64,000 nucleotides of DNA from Acidimicrobiales bacterium (GTDB lineage: Bacteria > Actinomycetota > Acidimicrobiia > Acidimicrobiales > JAUJNH01). The notes beneath the pieces are model-generated. The model was not told the origin of the DNA and searched no databases. It worked only from the letters and a program-made list of their open reading frames with translations. Below are positions 1 to 8,725 of this stretch, piece by piece (positions within the stretch are counted from its first letter, which is position 1; every line of letters starts with the position of its first letter). The stretch covers positions 15,268-79,267 of the forward strand of contig JBBSKY010000001.1 in the NCBI GenBank assembly GCA_038255915.1. The letters are read 5' to 3'. Both the position numbers and the translations under genes were made by a program.

Positions 1-483
1 CTCGTAGGCGATCAGCTGGCCCGCGGCCCGCAGGGCGCCGATGAGCGAGTACTTGTTGGCGCTGGCCCAGCCGGCCATCATCACGCCGATCGTCGACAGC
101 GACGACACGGCCAGGGCCAGGAAGATGCCGGTGTCGAAGTCGGCCACCTGCAGGTTCTTGGCGGGCGGGATGACGATGAAGAGCAGGAACGTGCTCATCA
201 GCACCACGATCGGGGCAAAGGCGAACACCTTGCGGTCGGCGCCGTCGGGGAAGATGTCCTCCTTCTGGAGGAACTTGGCCCCGTCGGCCAGCAGCTGCAT
301 GGTGCCGAACGGCCCCGCCTCGTTGGGGCCGATGCGGCTCTGCATGCCGCTCATCACCTTGAACAGGAACACGTACCCGAACAGCAGGGCGCCCGAGGGG
401 ACGACCACCAGCGCCGCCAGCACCTTGATGGTGGTGGAGGTCCAGTAGGCGAACTCGAGCCCGAAGAGGCCGGCTTCGATCAC
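1..483 (-). CDS. nuoH: NADH-quinone oxidoreductase subunit H, N-terminal part (gene runs off the window start); belongs to the second, EFG-less nuo cluster
   Basis: Manual minus-strand translation gives VIEAGLFGLEFAYWTSTTIKV...KVMSGMQSRIGPNEAGPFG...AGWASANKYSLIGALRAAGQLIAYE, a NuoH/ND1 signature. The GTG start overlaps the nuoD stop (GTGA). Absent from the ORF track because it is truncated. Confidence 0.85.
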   Translation of the reverse strand, partial: MIEAGLFGLEFAYWTSTTIKVLAALVVVPSGALLFGYVFLFKVMSGMQSRIGPNEAGPFGTMQLLADGAKFLQKEDIFPDGADRKVFAFAPIVVLMSTFLLFIVIPPAKNLQVADFDTGIFLALAVSSLSTIGVMMAGWASANKYSLIGALRAAGQLIAYE

Positions 484-1655
484 CGGTCGATGTCTCCCAG
501 GATGAAGTAGAGCGAGGCCAGGATGGTGATGACGTCGGGAACGTACACGCCCTTCAGGACCCACGAGGCGATCGAGATGTTGTTGAACGAGGGGGTGCGG
601 ATCTTGAGCCGGAAGGGGCCGAGGCCGCCCTGGCTCACCAGGTAGTAGCCCATGACGCCGAGCGGGTTCTCGGTCTCGACGTAGGACTCGCCGGCCGGCA
701 CCTTGATGATCTTGGGCACCTTGGCCATGATCGGCCCGGCCGGCAGGCCCTCGCACAGCTGGCGCACGATCTTGGCCGACTCCCGCACCTCCTGGAGGCG
801 TACCCAGCAGCGGGCGAAGCTGTCGCCGTCGGGGTGAGTGATGACCTTCCAGTCGGCGTGCTTCCAGGCCAGCGGCGAGTCGGCGTCGCGGCGCAGGTCC
901 CAGTCGACCCCGGACGAGCGGATGTTGGCCCCGGTCAGGCCGTACTCCAGCGCCACCTCGGCGGGGATGACCCCGACGCCCCGGGTGCGCTGCTGGAAGA
1001 TGGTGCCGCCGATCATCAGGTCCTCGATCTCGTCGCAGAAGTCCTCGACCCGCTGCATGCAGCCCACCGTCTCGTCGAGCCAGCCCTTCGGCAGGTCGTC
1101 CTTCAGGCCGCCGATGCGGTCGAAGTTCGGGTGGAACCGGCCCCCGGTGGCCGACTCGATCAGGTTCAGAACGTGCTCGCGGTCTCGGAAGGCCAGGAAC
1201 ACCGGGGTGATGGCGCCCAGCTGGGTGCCGACGTCGCCCAGGAACAGGATGAGGTTGGCCTGGCGGCCCAGCTCGAAGAAGATGGTGCGGATCCACTGGG
1301 CCCGCTCGGGCGCCTCGACCCCCATCAGCTGCTCGGCGGCCAGGATGAAGGGCACCTCGTTGCAGAAGCTGCCGAGCCAGTCGATCCGGTTGATGAGCGT
1401 GGTGACCTGGGGGTAGTTGCGGACCTCGCACAGCTTCTCGTAGCCCCGGTGCATGTAGCCGGGCATCGGGTCGGCCCAGATGACCTGCTCGCCGTCCAGG
1501 CGGCAGACGATGCGCAGCGTCCCGTGGGTGGCCGGGTGCTGGGGCCCGATGTTGAGGGTCATCCCCTCGGCCTCGAGCTCGACGTTGACCCGGGCGTCGG
1601 CGGCCTGAGCGGCGATGTAAGCCGCCTTCTTCCAGTCGGGCATGGTGGCGGTCAT
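480..1655 (-). CDS. nuoD: NADH-quinone oxidoreductase subunit D (cluster 2)
   Basis: Motifs NIGPQHPATHGTLR and a C-terminal ...ASLYFILGDIDR. Start trimmed to MTATMPDW, whose ATG overlaps the nuoC stop (ATGA at 1652-1655). Confidence 0.9.
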   Translation of the reverse strand: MTATMPDWKKAAYIAAQAADARVNVELEAEGMTLNIGPQHPATHGTLRIVCRLDGEQVIWADPMPGYMHRGYEKLCEVRNYPQVTTLINRIDWLGSFCNEVPFILAAEQLMGVEAPERAQWIRTIFFELGRQANLILFLGDVGTQLGAITPVFLAFRDREHVLNLIESATGGRFHPNFDRIGGLKDDLPKGWLDETVGCMQRVEDFCDEIEDLMIGGTIFQQRTRGVGVIPAEVALEYGLTGANIRSSGVDWDLRRDADSPLAWKHADWKVITHPDGDSFARCWVRLQEVRESAKIVRQLCEGLPAGPIMAKVPKIIKVPAGESYVETENPLGVMGYYLVSQGGLGPFRLKIRTPSFNNISIASWVLKGVYVPDVITILASLYFILGDIDR

Positions 1656-2392
1656 CCGGCGGCCCCTCCCTCGGCGGAGGCGGGGGGCGGCTCGGCGGGC
1701 GGAGCCGCAGGCTCGGGGGCCGGCTGGTTCTTCGGGTCGAGGTGGAACGGGATCTGCTCGACGTTGACCAGGCCCGGCCACGGCTTCACCTCACGCGACA
1801 GCAGGGGGAAGTCCTTGCGCAGCGGGTGGCCCTCGAACTCGCCGGGGAGGTAGAGGTGGCGCAGGCCGGGGTGGCCGTCGAAGCTGAACCCGAACATCTC
1901 CCACGCCTCCCGCTCGTGCCAGTCGGCGCCCCGGAACAGGTCGGTGACCGTGGCCACCCGGGGGTCCTGGTCGTCGAGGTCGGCCTTCAGGGTGACCCCG
2001 AGGTGTTGGCGCACGTCGTGGAGGCGGGCGAAGACCTGGAAGCGAGTGTCGCCCCCGGCCACGCCTGTGCGGATCTCGGCGACCACCTCGTCGACCTCGA
2101 CCGGCTCGTCGCCCTCGCCGGCCTCCTCGCCCTTGAAGGTGTTCTCGCCGGAGAGGCCCGGAGCCGGCGCCCAGTCGATGCCCGAGAGGAAGCTGAAGAA
2201 GGTGAGGCCCAGCTTGCGCTTGCAGGTCTCGAGCGCCTTGTGCCAGCTGGCACGGTCGACCCGGACCCACAGGTCGCCCCGGTCGAGGACCGACTCGAGG
2301 AGGCCCTCCCCCAGGGAGCGGCGCAGGCCGTCGACGATGCGTTGGTGGTTCGCCGCCTCGAGAGCGGGCGCGTCGGCCGCGGTGGTGCTCAT
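1652..2392 (-). CDS. nuoC: NADH-quinone oxidoreductase subunit C (cluster 2)
   Basis: NuoC motifs [40 protein letters not shown]. Start trimmed to MSTTAADAP (ATG at 2392). Pro/Ala-rich C-terminal tail. Confidence 0.85.
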   Translation of the reverse strand: MSTTAADAPALEAANHQRIVDGLRRSLGEGLLESVLDRGDLWVRVDRASWHKALETCKRKLGLTFFSFLSGIDWAPAPGLSGENTFKGEEAGEGDEPVEVDEVVAEIRTGVAGGDTRFQVFARLHDVRQHLGVTLKADLDDQDPRVATVTDLFRGADWHEREAWEMFGFSFDGHPGLRHLYLPGEFEGHPLRKDFPLLSREVKPWPGLVNVEQIPFHLDPKNQPAPEPAAPPAEPPPASAEGGAAG

Positions 2393-2438
2393 GGCCGGTC
2401 CCCGGTCCGTTCCCTGTTGTGCAGGCCCCCCCGAGCGC

Positions 2439-3023
2439 TCATGCTGGTGTTGGGCTCTTCCTGCGCGGCTTCTTGAGGAGGGCGACCGGCTTGGCCTCGG
2501 GGACCGCTCCGTGCTCCAGCCCGCCACCCACCACCAGCGGCTCGCCCCTCCACCGCTCGGCCATGTCCTCGCCCCTGATCTTCATCTGGAGCAGGACGAT
2601 GCCCTCGAGCAGGGCCTCGGGCCGGGGAGGGCAGCCGGGGACGTAGACATCGACCGGGATGATCTGGTCGACGCCCTTCAGCACCGAGTAGCTGTCCCAG
2701 TAGGGGCCGCCCGAGTTGGCGCAGCTGCCCATCGAGATCACGTACTTCGGGTCGGGCATCTGCTCGTAGAGGCGCCGGATCGGCGGGGCCATCTTGTCGG
2801 TGGCCGTGCCCGAGACGCACACGAAGTCGGCCTGGCGGGCCGAGGCGGGGAAGGGGATGACCCCGAGGCGCATCACGTCGTACCGGGGCGAGCCGAAGGC
2901 GGCGCCCATCTCGATGGCGCAGCAGGCCAGACCCCACTGGTACACCCACAGGCTGTAGCTGCGGGCGGTGTTGAGCAGCTTGGTGAGGGGCTTGGGCAGC
3001 AGGCCCTTCTCTACTAGACCCAC
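2439..3023 (-). CDS. nuoB: NADH-quinone oxidoreductase subunit B (cluster 2)
   Basis: Motifs [16 protein letters not shown] and [23 protein letters not shown]. The GTG at 3023 was chosen because it overlaps the nuoA end. The exact start is uncertain. Confidence 0.85.
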   Translation of the reverse strand: MGLVEKGLLPKPLTKLLNTARSYSLWVYQWGLACCAIEMGAAFGSPRYDVMRLGVIPFPASARQADFVCVSGTATDKMAPPIRRLYEQMPDPKYVISMGSCANSGGPYWDSYSVLKGVDQIIPVDVYVPGCPPRPEALLEGIVLLQMKIRGEDMAERWRGEPLVVGGGLEHGAVPEAKPVALLKKPRRKSPTPA

Positions 3024-3379
3024 CGCAGGACCTGCTTCCGCCAGGCGTACACCAGGCCGAGGGCCAGGATGACGATGAAGATCAGCATCTCGATGAGCCC
3101 GAAGACGGCCAGCTCCTCGAGGTTCACCGCCCACGGGAAGATGAACACTGCCTCGACGTCGAACATGACGAAGAGCAGGGCGAACAGGTAGTAGCGGATC
3201 TGGCTCTGCGACCAGGCCCCCGGCACCGGGTCGACCCCCGACTCGTACACCAGGTACTTCTGGGCGGTGGGCCGGGTCGGCCGGATCAGGCGTCCGAGGG
3301 TGAGGGTCCCGCCGGCAAAAGCGATCGCGGCGCCGCCGAACAACACGACCAACAGGTAGTCACGCAGGAAGGCCGACAT
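3014..3379 (-). CDS. nuoA: NADH-quinone oxidoreductase subunit A (cluster 2)
   Basis: 121 aa with three hydrophobic segments. Motif YESGVDP...[24 protein letters not shown] is typical of NuoA/ND3. First gene of an A-B-C-D-H run. Confidence 0.85.
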   Translation of the reverse strand: MSAFLRDYLLVVLFGGAAIAFAGGTLTLGRLIRPTRPTAQKYLVYESGVDPVPGAWSQSQIRYYLFALLFVMFDVEAVFIFPWAVNLEELAVFGLIEMLIFIVILALGLVYAWRKQVLRWV

Positions 3380-3476
3380 GGCACGCCGGAGCGTAGTGAG
3401 GCGCCGACCCGACAGTCGAACTGACGACGATCCGCCCGAACCGCCCCACCCGGTCCGAGGCCGTCAACATCCCCGG

Positions 3477-4658
3477 TCAGGGGTTGAAGACCACCTTGAT
3501 GGCGCCGTCCTGCTTCTTCTGAAAGGTGGCGTAGGCCGCGGGAGCATCGTCGAGCGGGACGTGGTGGGTGGCCAGGTCGTCGACGCCGAGGGGGTCGTCG
3601 TCGCCGAGGAGGGGCAGGAGGTCGTCGACCCACCGCTTCACGTTGGCCTGGCCCATCCGCACCGTCAGCTGCTTGTCGAACATCTGGAGCAGGGGCATCG
3701 GGTCGACGTTGCCGCCGTAGACGCCGCTGATGGACAGCGTGCCGCCTCGGCGGACGATGTCGATGCCGGCCAGGAGGGCGGCCAGCCGGTCGATGCCGGC
3801 CTTCTGCATCAGCGGGGAGGCCACGGCGTCGGGCAGCAGGCCGACGAAGGCCTGGGCCGCCTTGGCCCCACCCGAGCCGTGCGCCTCCATGCCCACTGCG
3901 TCGATGACCGAGTCGGGCCCGCGGCCGCCGGTGCGCTCCCGCAGCTCGGCAGCCAGGTCGTCGTGCCCGGTGAGGTCCAGCGCCTCGATGCCGTGGTCGG
4001 CGGCCGTCTTGAGGCGCTCGGGCACCAGGTCGATGCCGAAGACCCGGCTGGCCCCGCGGTGGCGGGCGATGCAGGCCGACATCTGGCCGATGGGACCGAG
4101 GCCGAGCACGGCGACCGTCCCCCCCGGCGGGACGTTGGCGTACTCGACCGCCTGCCACGCGGTGGGCAGCACGTCGGACAGGTAGAGGAAGCGGTCATCG
4201 GCAGGCCCCTCGGGCACCTTGATCGGGCCGTACTGGGCCTGGGGCACCCGCAGGAGCTCGGCCTGGCCGCCGGCCACCTGCCCGTACAGCTTGGTGTAGC
4301 CGAACAGCGAGGCACCCGTGCCGTGCTCGTGGACCTGGGTGGTCTCGCACTGGGACTGCAGGGCGTGGGTGCACATCCAGCAGTGGCCGCACGAGATGTT
4401 GAAGGGGATGACGACCCGGTCGCCGGGCTTGACGTGGGTCACCTCGGCGCCGACGGCCTCCACGACGCCCATCGGCTCGTGGCCGAGGATGTCACCCGGA
4501 TCGATGAACGGCCCGAACAGCTCGTAGAGGTGGAGGTCGGAGCCGCACAGGCCGGTGGAGGTGATGCGGACGATGGCGTCGGTCGGCGCCTGGATGGTCG
4601 GGTCGGGAACGGTGTCGACGCGGACGTCACGCTTGCCGTGCCAGGTCAGTGCCTTCAT
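3477..4658 (-). CDS. Zn-dependent alcohol/formaldehyde dehydrogenase family (MDR superfamily)
   Basis: MKALTWHGKRDVRV..GLCGSDLHLY..GHEPMGVVEAVG..ISCGHCWMC..VLGLGPIG: catalytic and structural Zn ligands plus a Rossmann GxGxxG. Start trimmed to the ATG at 4658. Confidence 0.85.
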   Translation of the reverse strand: MKALTWHGKRDVRVDTVPDPTIQAPTDAIVRITSTGLCGSDLHLYELFGPFIDPGDILGHEPMGVVEAVGAEVTHVKPGDRVVIPFNISCGHCWMCTHALQSQCETTQVHEHGTGASLFGYTKLYGQVAGGQAELLRVPQAQYGPIKVPEGPADDRFLYLSDVLPTAWQAVEYANVPPGGTVAVLGLGPIGQMSACIARHRGASRVFGIDLVPERLKTAADHGIEALDLTGHDDLAAELRERTGGRGPDSVIDAVGMEAHGSGGAKAAQAFVGLLPDAVASPLMQKAGIDRLAALLAGIDIVRRGGTLSISGVYGGNVDPMPLLQMFDKQLTVRMGQANVKRWVDDLLPLLGDDDPLGVDDLATHHVPLDDAPAAYATFQKKQDGAIKVVFNP

Positions 4659-4866
4659 CGGGTGGCTCCTCGGTGCGGTGGTGGTGGGACGGCCGTCATG
4701 CCACCCTCCCCGAGGCGGATGCCGAAGGCCAGGGCCCACTGCTACCCCGAAGAGCGGACCGAAACGCTAAAACGCGTGAAGCTCTCTGCCGTCGTCAAGC
4801 GACGCCGGGGCCAAGTGGAGCACCACGCTGCTCGACGCCCGGCATGCGGAACCGGGCGCGGGTGGC

Positions 4867-5268
4867 TCAGCGGAGGCGACGGACGACGAGAGGCCGGATC
4901 TCGGCGATGCGCTCGAAATCCCGGTCGACGTGGACCACCCCCAGGTTGTGATGCAGGGCGGTTTCGGCGATGACCAGATCCGGGATGGGCGTGCGGTGCC
5001 ACATCCCGTGGTGATGGGCCAGAGCTGCCTGAAGGGCGAGCGCCCGCTCCAGGATGTCAGGCGGCGCCGCAACGAGCTCCAGGCTCGTGCCCAGCTCCGA
5101 CTTGAGCAGGTCGTAGTCCTGTACCGATCGAGCCGAGTAGAGCTGCTCGAGCTGGCCCATGGGGCAGAGGTGGAGCGAGCCGGCCAGCTCGGCCAGCTGA
5201 GGTCCGACGACGGGATCGGCCGCTCGCGCCGCCGCGCTCTTGTCCACCAGCCAACCGTCTACCTCCAC
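4867..5268 (-). CDS. vapC: PIN-domain toxin (VapC-like)
   Basis: 133 aa. Acidic residues in PIN-like positions (LVDKSA ... IPDLVIAETA ... HVDRDFERI). Overlaps the upstream antitoxin by 10 nt. Confidence 0.75.
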   Translation of the reverse strand: MEVDGWLVDKSAAARAADPVVGPQLAELAGSLHLCPMGQLEQLYSARSVQDYDLLKSELGTSLELVAAPPDILERALALQAALAHHHGMWHRTPIPDLVIAETALHHNLGVVHVDRDFERIAEIRPLVVRRLR

Positions 5269-5492
5269 ATCTCCTCCGAGGACAGCACCGCGAGGTCGAC
5301 CCTGGTGCCGAGCCGCTCCAGGTAGCGGTGCTGCCGGTCGATTCGGTCCGCCTGTTCGCTCTCGGCTCCCTCGGCGGCCAGGCGCAGCGCCTCTTCCACC
5401 GTCGCCCGGGTCGTCGTCGCTCCCAGCGCCCGCTTCGCTCGTCGGAGGAGCTGTTCATCGATCTCGATGGTGGTCCGCTTCGGCATGCACAC
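5259..5492 (-). CDS. vapB: VapB-type antitoxin (DUF2191-like)
   Basis: 77 aa. KRTTIEIDEQLLRRAKRALGATTTRATVEEALR matches the usual VapB/DUF2191 N-terminus. Sits directly upstream of the PIN gene. Confidence 0.7.
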   Translation of the reverse strand: MCMPKRTTIEIDEQLLRRAKRALGATTTRATVEEALRLAAEGAESEQADRIDRQHRYLERLGTRVDLAVLSSEEMWR

Positions 5493-5567
5493 ACACTAGG
5501 CCATCGATGTGCACGCCTTGCGCGGCAAGCGCAAAGGCGCAAAGGCCGGGATGATCCTTGGCGGGGC

Positions 5568-7127
5568 TCAGCTGGGGAAGAAGATGGTGGCCCGCTTGGC
5601 GAAGTCGAGGAGAGGGCCGGCCCACAGGCCGGCGCCGACCGTCATGGCCACGCTGACGGCGATGACCGCCGCGGTGGCCGGCATCACCTTCAGGCCGGTA
5701 CGCGCCTGGGTGAGGACGGCGATGGAACCGGCACTGTCGGGGTGCTCTGCGTCGACGCCTTCAGGCGTGGCGTACATCGTGACGATGAGGCGCAGATAGA
5801 AGAAGGCGGCCACGGCGGTGACGAGCATGGCGATGATGCCGAGCGAGTAGTCGCCCTCGGTGGTGGCGGCCCGGATGACGGAGAACTTGGCCAGGAAGCC
5901 GGTGGTGAGCGGCACCCCGGCCTGGGCGGCCAGAAGGAGGGTGAAGGCCACGGCCAGCAGCGGCTTGCGGAAGTACAGGCCCCGGTAGTCCTCGATGCTG
6001 GTGCTGCTGTCACCCTGGCGGGCCACGACCGACACCACGGCGAAGCTGCCGAGCACGGTGAAGGCGTAGGTGAGCAGGTAGTACTGGGAGCCGGCCACGC
6101 CGTCGATGTTGTTGGCGTGGAGGCCGACGAGCACGTAGCCGGCGTGGTTGATCGAGCTGTAGGCCAGCATCCGCTTGACGTCGATCTGGACGATGGCGAG
6201 CACCGACCCGACGACCAGGGTGAGCACGGCCAGGGCCCAGATCGCCGGCCGCCAGTCCTCGCGCAGGGGCTGCAGGCCGAAGATGAGCACCCGGATGAGC
6301 CCGGCGAACCCGGCGGCCTTGGCCGCGGCAGCCATGAACCCGGTGACCGGCGAAGGCGAGCCCTGGTAGACGTCGGGGGTCCAGGTGTGGAACGGCACGG
6401 CGGCCACCTTGAACCCGAGGCCGACGATCATCAGGGCCATGCCGGCCAGGGCCAGGTTGCGGTCGCCGCCGGCGAAGCGCAGGGAGGTGAGCAGCCGGTT
6501 CACCTGGTCGAGGCGGGTGGAGCCGGTGGCGCCGTAGGTGAGGGCCACCCCGTAGAGGAAGATGGCCGAGGAGAAGGCGCCGAGGACGAAGTACTTCATG
6601 GCCGCCTCGCCCGACTCGTCGCGGCGGCGGTGGAACCCGGCCATCACATAGAGGGCGATCGACAGGATCTCGAGGCCGAGGAACAGGACCAGGAGGTCGT
6701 TGGCGAAGGCCATCAGCAGCCCGCCGCTGGCCGAGAGCAGGGCGAGGACGTGGATCTCGGGGCCGCCGAGGCGCTCGCGCTGCACGTAGCCGTCGGCCAT
6801 GAGGCTGAACAGCAGGACGGCCGAGCAGATGACCAGGCTGAACCACACCGAGAAACCGTCGATGCGCAGGGCGTCACTGACCGCCGTACCGGGACCGTCG
6901 CGTTGGATGTCGTTCCACAGCCAGCACGAGGCGGCGATGGCGGCGCCGGCGGTGGCCACCGACAGGGCCGTCCACCAGCCCTCGGCCACCCGGCCGCCGA
7001 TGAGGGAGGCCAGGACGAGGATGCCGAGGGCCCCGCCGATCAGGATGAGGATGGGCAGGAAGCGGGAGTACTCGACGTTCGGCAGGTCGAAAGTGGTGGC
7101 CTGGGCCACCAGAAGGCGCCCGCTCAT
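5568..7127 (-). CDS. nuoN: NADH-quinone oxidoreductase subunit N (14-subunit operon)
   Basis: C-terminal 519 aa of the 947-aa run-on ORF. Polytopic antiporter-like sequence (MSGRLLVAQATTFDLPNVEYSRFLPILILIGG...). Its ATG overlaps the nuoM stop (ATGA at 7124-7127). Confidence 0.9.
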   Translation of the reverse strand: MSGRLLVAQATTFDLPNVEYSRFLPILILIGGALGILVLASLIGGRVAEGWWTALSVATAGAAIAASCWLWNDIQRDGPGTAVSDALRIDGFSVWFSLVICSAVLLFSLMADGYVQRERLGGPEIHVLALLSASGGLLMAFANDLLVLFLGLEILSIALYVMAGFHRRRDESGEAAMKYFVLGAFSSAIFLYGVALTYGATGSTRLDQVNRLLTSLRFAGGDRNLALAGMALMIVGLGFKVAAVPFHTWTPDVYQGSPSPVTGFMAAAAKAAGFAGLIRVLIFGLQPLREDWRPAIWALAVLTLVVGSVLAIVQIDVKRMLAYSSINHAGYVLVGLHANNIDGVAGSQYYLLTYAFTVLGSFAVVSVVARQGDSSTSIEDYRGLYFRKPLLAVAFTLLLAAQAGVPLTTGFLAKFSVIRAATTEGDYSLGIIAMLVTAVAAFFYLRLIVTMYATPEGVDAEHPDSAGSIAVLTQARTGLKVMPATAAVIAVSVAMTVGAGLWAGPLLDFAKRATIFFPS

Positions 7128-8725
7128 GGCGTGTGCCCTTCTGCTTGGTGGGGGCCGGCGAGGATGGCCGGCTCCTTCCGGGTGTCGCCGCCGTTGGCCT
7201 GGACGTGCTCGACCAGGGCGGCCACCGACGGCTCGATGCGGTCGAGCATCGGCTTGGGGTAGACGCCGAGCAGCACGATGAGCACCAGCAGGGGGGCGAT
7301 CACCGCCCGCTCGCGCATCGTGAGGTCGGGCACGGTGCGGTTGGCCTCGTCGGGCTCGCCCTGGAAGACCCGCTGGAAGGCCCAGAGGAGGTAGAGGGCG
7401 GCCAGGATCACCGCGGTGGTGCCCACCACCACCCACCACTTGGCGGTGGGGTAGGCGCCGATGAGCACCAGGAACTCGCCGACGAACCCGTTGAGGCCGG
7501 GGAGACCGATCGAGGAGAAGGCGACGAGGAGGAAGACGCCTCCCATCACCGGAGCCACCTTCCAGATGCCCTTCAGCTCGGAGATCTGACGGGTGTGGCG
7601 CCGCTCGTACAGCCACCCGACGAGCAGGAACAGGGCCGGGGTGGAGATGCCGTGGTTGATCATCTGCACCACCGAGCCCTGCAGGCCCTGACGGGTGAAG
7701 GCGAAGGCGCCGAGCACGATGAAGCCGAGGTGGGCCACCGACGAGTAGGCCACCAGGCGCTTGAGGTCCTTCTGCATGGTGGCCACCACGGCCCCGTAGA
7801 CCATGCCGATCACGGCCAGGGTGAGCCACACCCAGGCCAGCTCCTTGGCCGCCTGGGGGAACAGGAAGATGGCGAAGCGCAGGATGCCGTAGGTGCCCAG
7901 CTTCAGCATCACCCCGGCCAGGATGATCGAGCCGGCGGTCGGGGCCTCGGTGTGGGCGTCGGGCAGCCAGGTGTGCAGCGGAAAGACGGGCACCTTCACG
8001 GCGAAGGCGACCATGAAGGCCAGGAACAGCAGCTGGCTGCCGGCGATGCCCGGCGTCTTGGCCAGCTCGACCACGTCGAAGGTGAGGGGGCCGCCGGTGC
8101 GGGTGGCGTGGAGGTTGGCCAGGACGATGATCCCGACGAGGAGGAACGCCGAGCCGACCAGGGTGTACACGAAGAACTTCAGCGCCGCGTAGGTGCGGTT
8201 GGCGTAGCCCCAGCCGCCGATGAGGAAGTACATCGGGACGAGCACGACCTCGAAGAAGACGAAGAACAGGAACAGGTCGAGGCTGACGAAGGCGCCGATC
8301 ATCGACGCCTCGAGTAGCAGCAGCCAGGCCGTATAGGCCTTCAGGTCCTTGTGCACCTTGGGGCCGAGCAGGGCGATGGGGAACAGCAGCCCGGTGAGGA
8401 CCACCAGCCACAGGCTGATGCCATCAACGCCCAGGTTCCACGAGATGCCGAACGACTTGATCCAGGGGTGGCGGCTCACCATCTGGTAGCCCGCCTCGTG
8501 GCGGTCGAACTGGACGGCGATGATCACGGTGAGGGCCGCAGTGGTAACCGTGCCGAGCACGCCGAGGGCCTTGATGACCTCCTCGCGGCGGCGGGGCACC
8601 AGGGCCACGGCCACCCCGACCAGGGCTGGGAGGATGATGGCGACGGTGAGGTAGGGGAAGTCTCCGCCGGTCGCGGCTCGTGCTCCCTCGGCGGCCCCCT
8701 CGGCGGCGAGGAGCAGCGACATCAC
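7124..8725 (-). CDS. nuoM: NADH-quinone oxidoreductase subunit M
   Basis: 533 aa. Motifs FVAFAVKVPVFPLHTWLPDAHTEAPTAGS and AYSSVAHLGF are typical of NuoM/ND4. Start overlaps the nuoL stop. Confidence 0.9.
   Translation of the reverse strand: MMSLLLAAEGAAEGARAATGGDFPYLTVAIILPALVGVAVALVPRRREEVIKALGVLGTVTTAALTVIIAVQFDRHEAGYQMVSRHPWIKSFGISWNLGVDGISLWLVVLTGLLFPIALLGPKVHKDLKAYTAWLLLLEASMIGAFVSLDLFLFFVFFEVVLVPMYFLIGGWGYANRTYAALKFFVYTLVGSAFLLVGIIVLANLHATRTGGPLTFDVVELAKTPGIAGSQLLFLAFMVAFAVKVPVFPLHTWLPDAHTEAPTAGSIILAGVMLKLGTYGILRFAIFLFPQAAKELAWVWLTLAVIGMVYGAVVATMQKDLKRLVAYSSVAHLGFIVLGAFAFTRQGLQGSVVQMINHGISTPALFLLVGWLYERRHTRQISELKGIWKVAPVMGGVFLLVAFSSIGLPGLNGFVGEFLVLIGAYPTAKWWVVVGTTAVILAALYLLWAFQRVFQGEPDEANRTVPDLTMRERAVIAPLLVLIVLLGVYPKPMLDRIEPSVAALVEHVQANGGDTRKEPAILAGPHQAEGHTP

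Noticed and set aside
834-1853. 339-aa and 192-aa plus-strand ORFs covering nuoD (cluster 2)
   Set aside because: They are antisense to a gene with unmistakable NuoD motifs. Their products are Gly/Asp/Val/Arg/Pro-rich with no motifs, which is the typical open shadow frame of very GC-rich DNA.
5568-8411. 947-aa minus-strand ORF
   Set aside because: Only the C-terminal 519 aa (from the ATG at 7127) are NuoN. The N-terminal part is an Arg/Pro/Gly-rich out-of-frame read-through over nuoM. The ATGA coupling at 7124-7127 fixes the real start.
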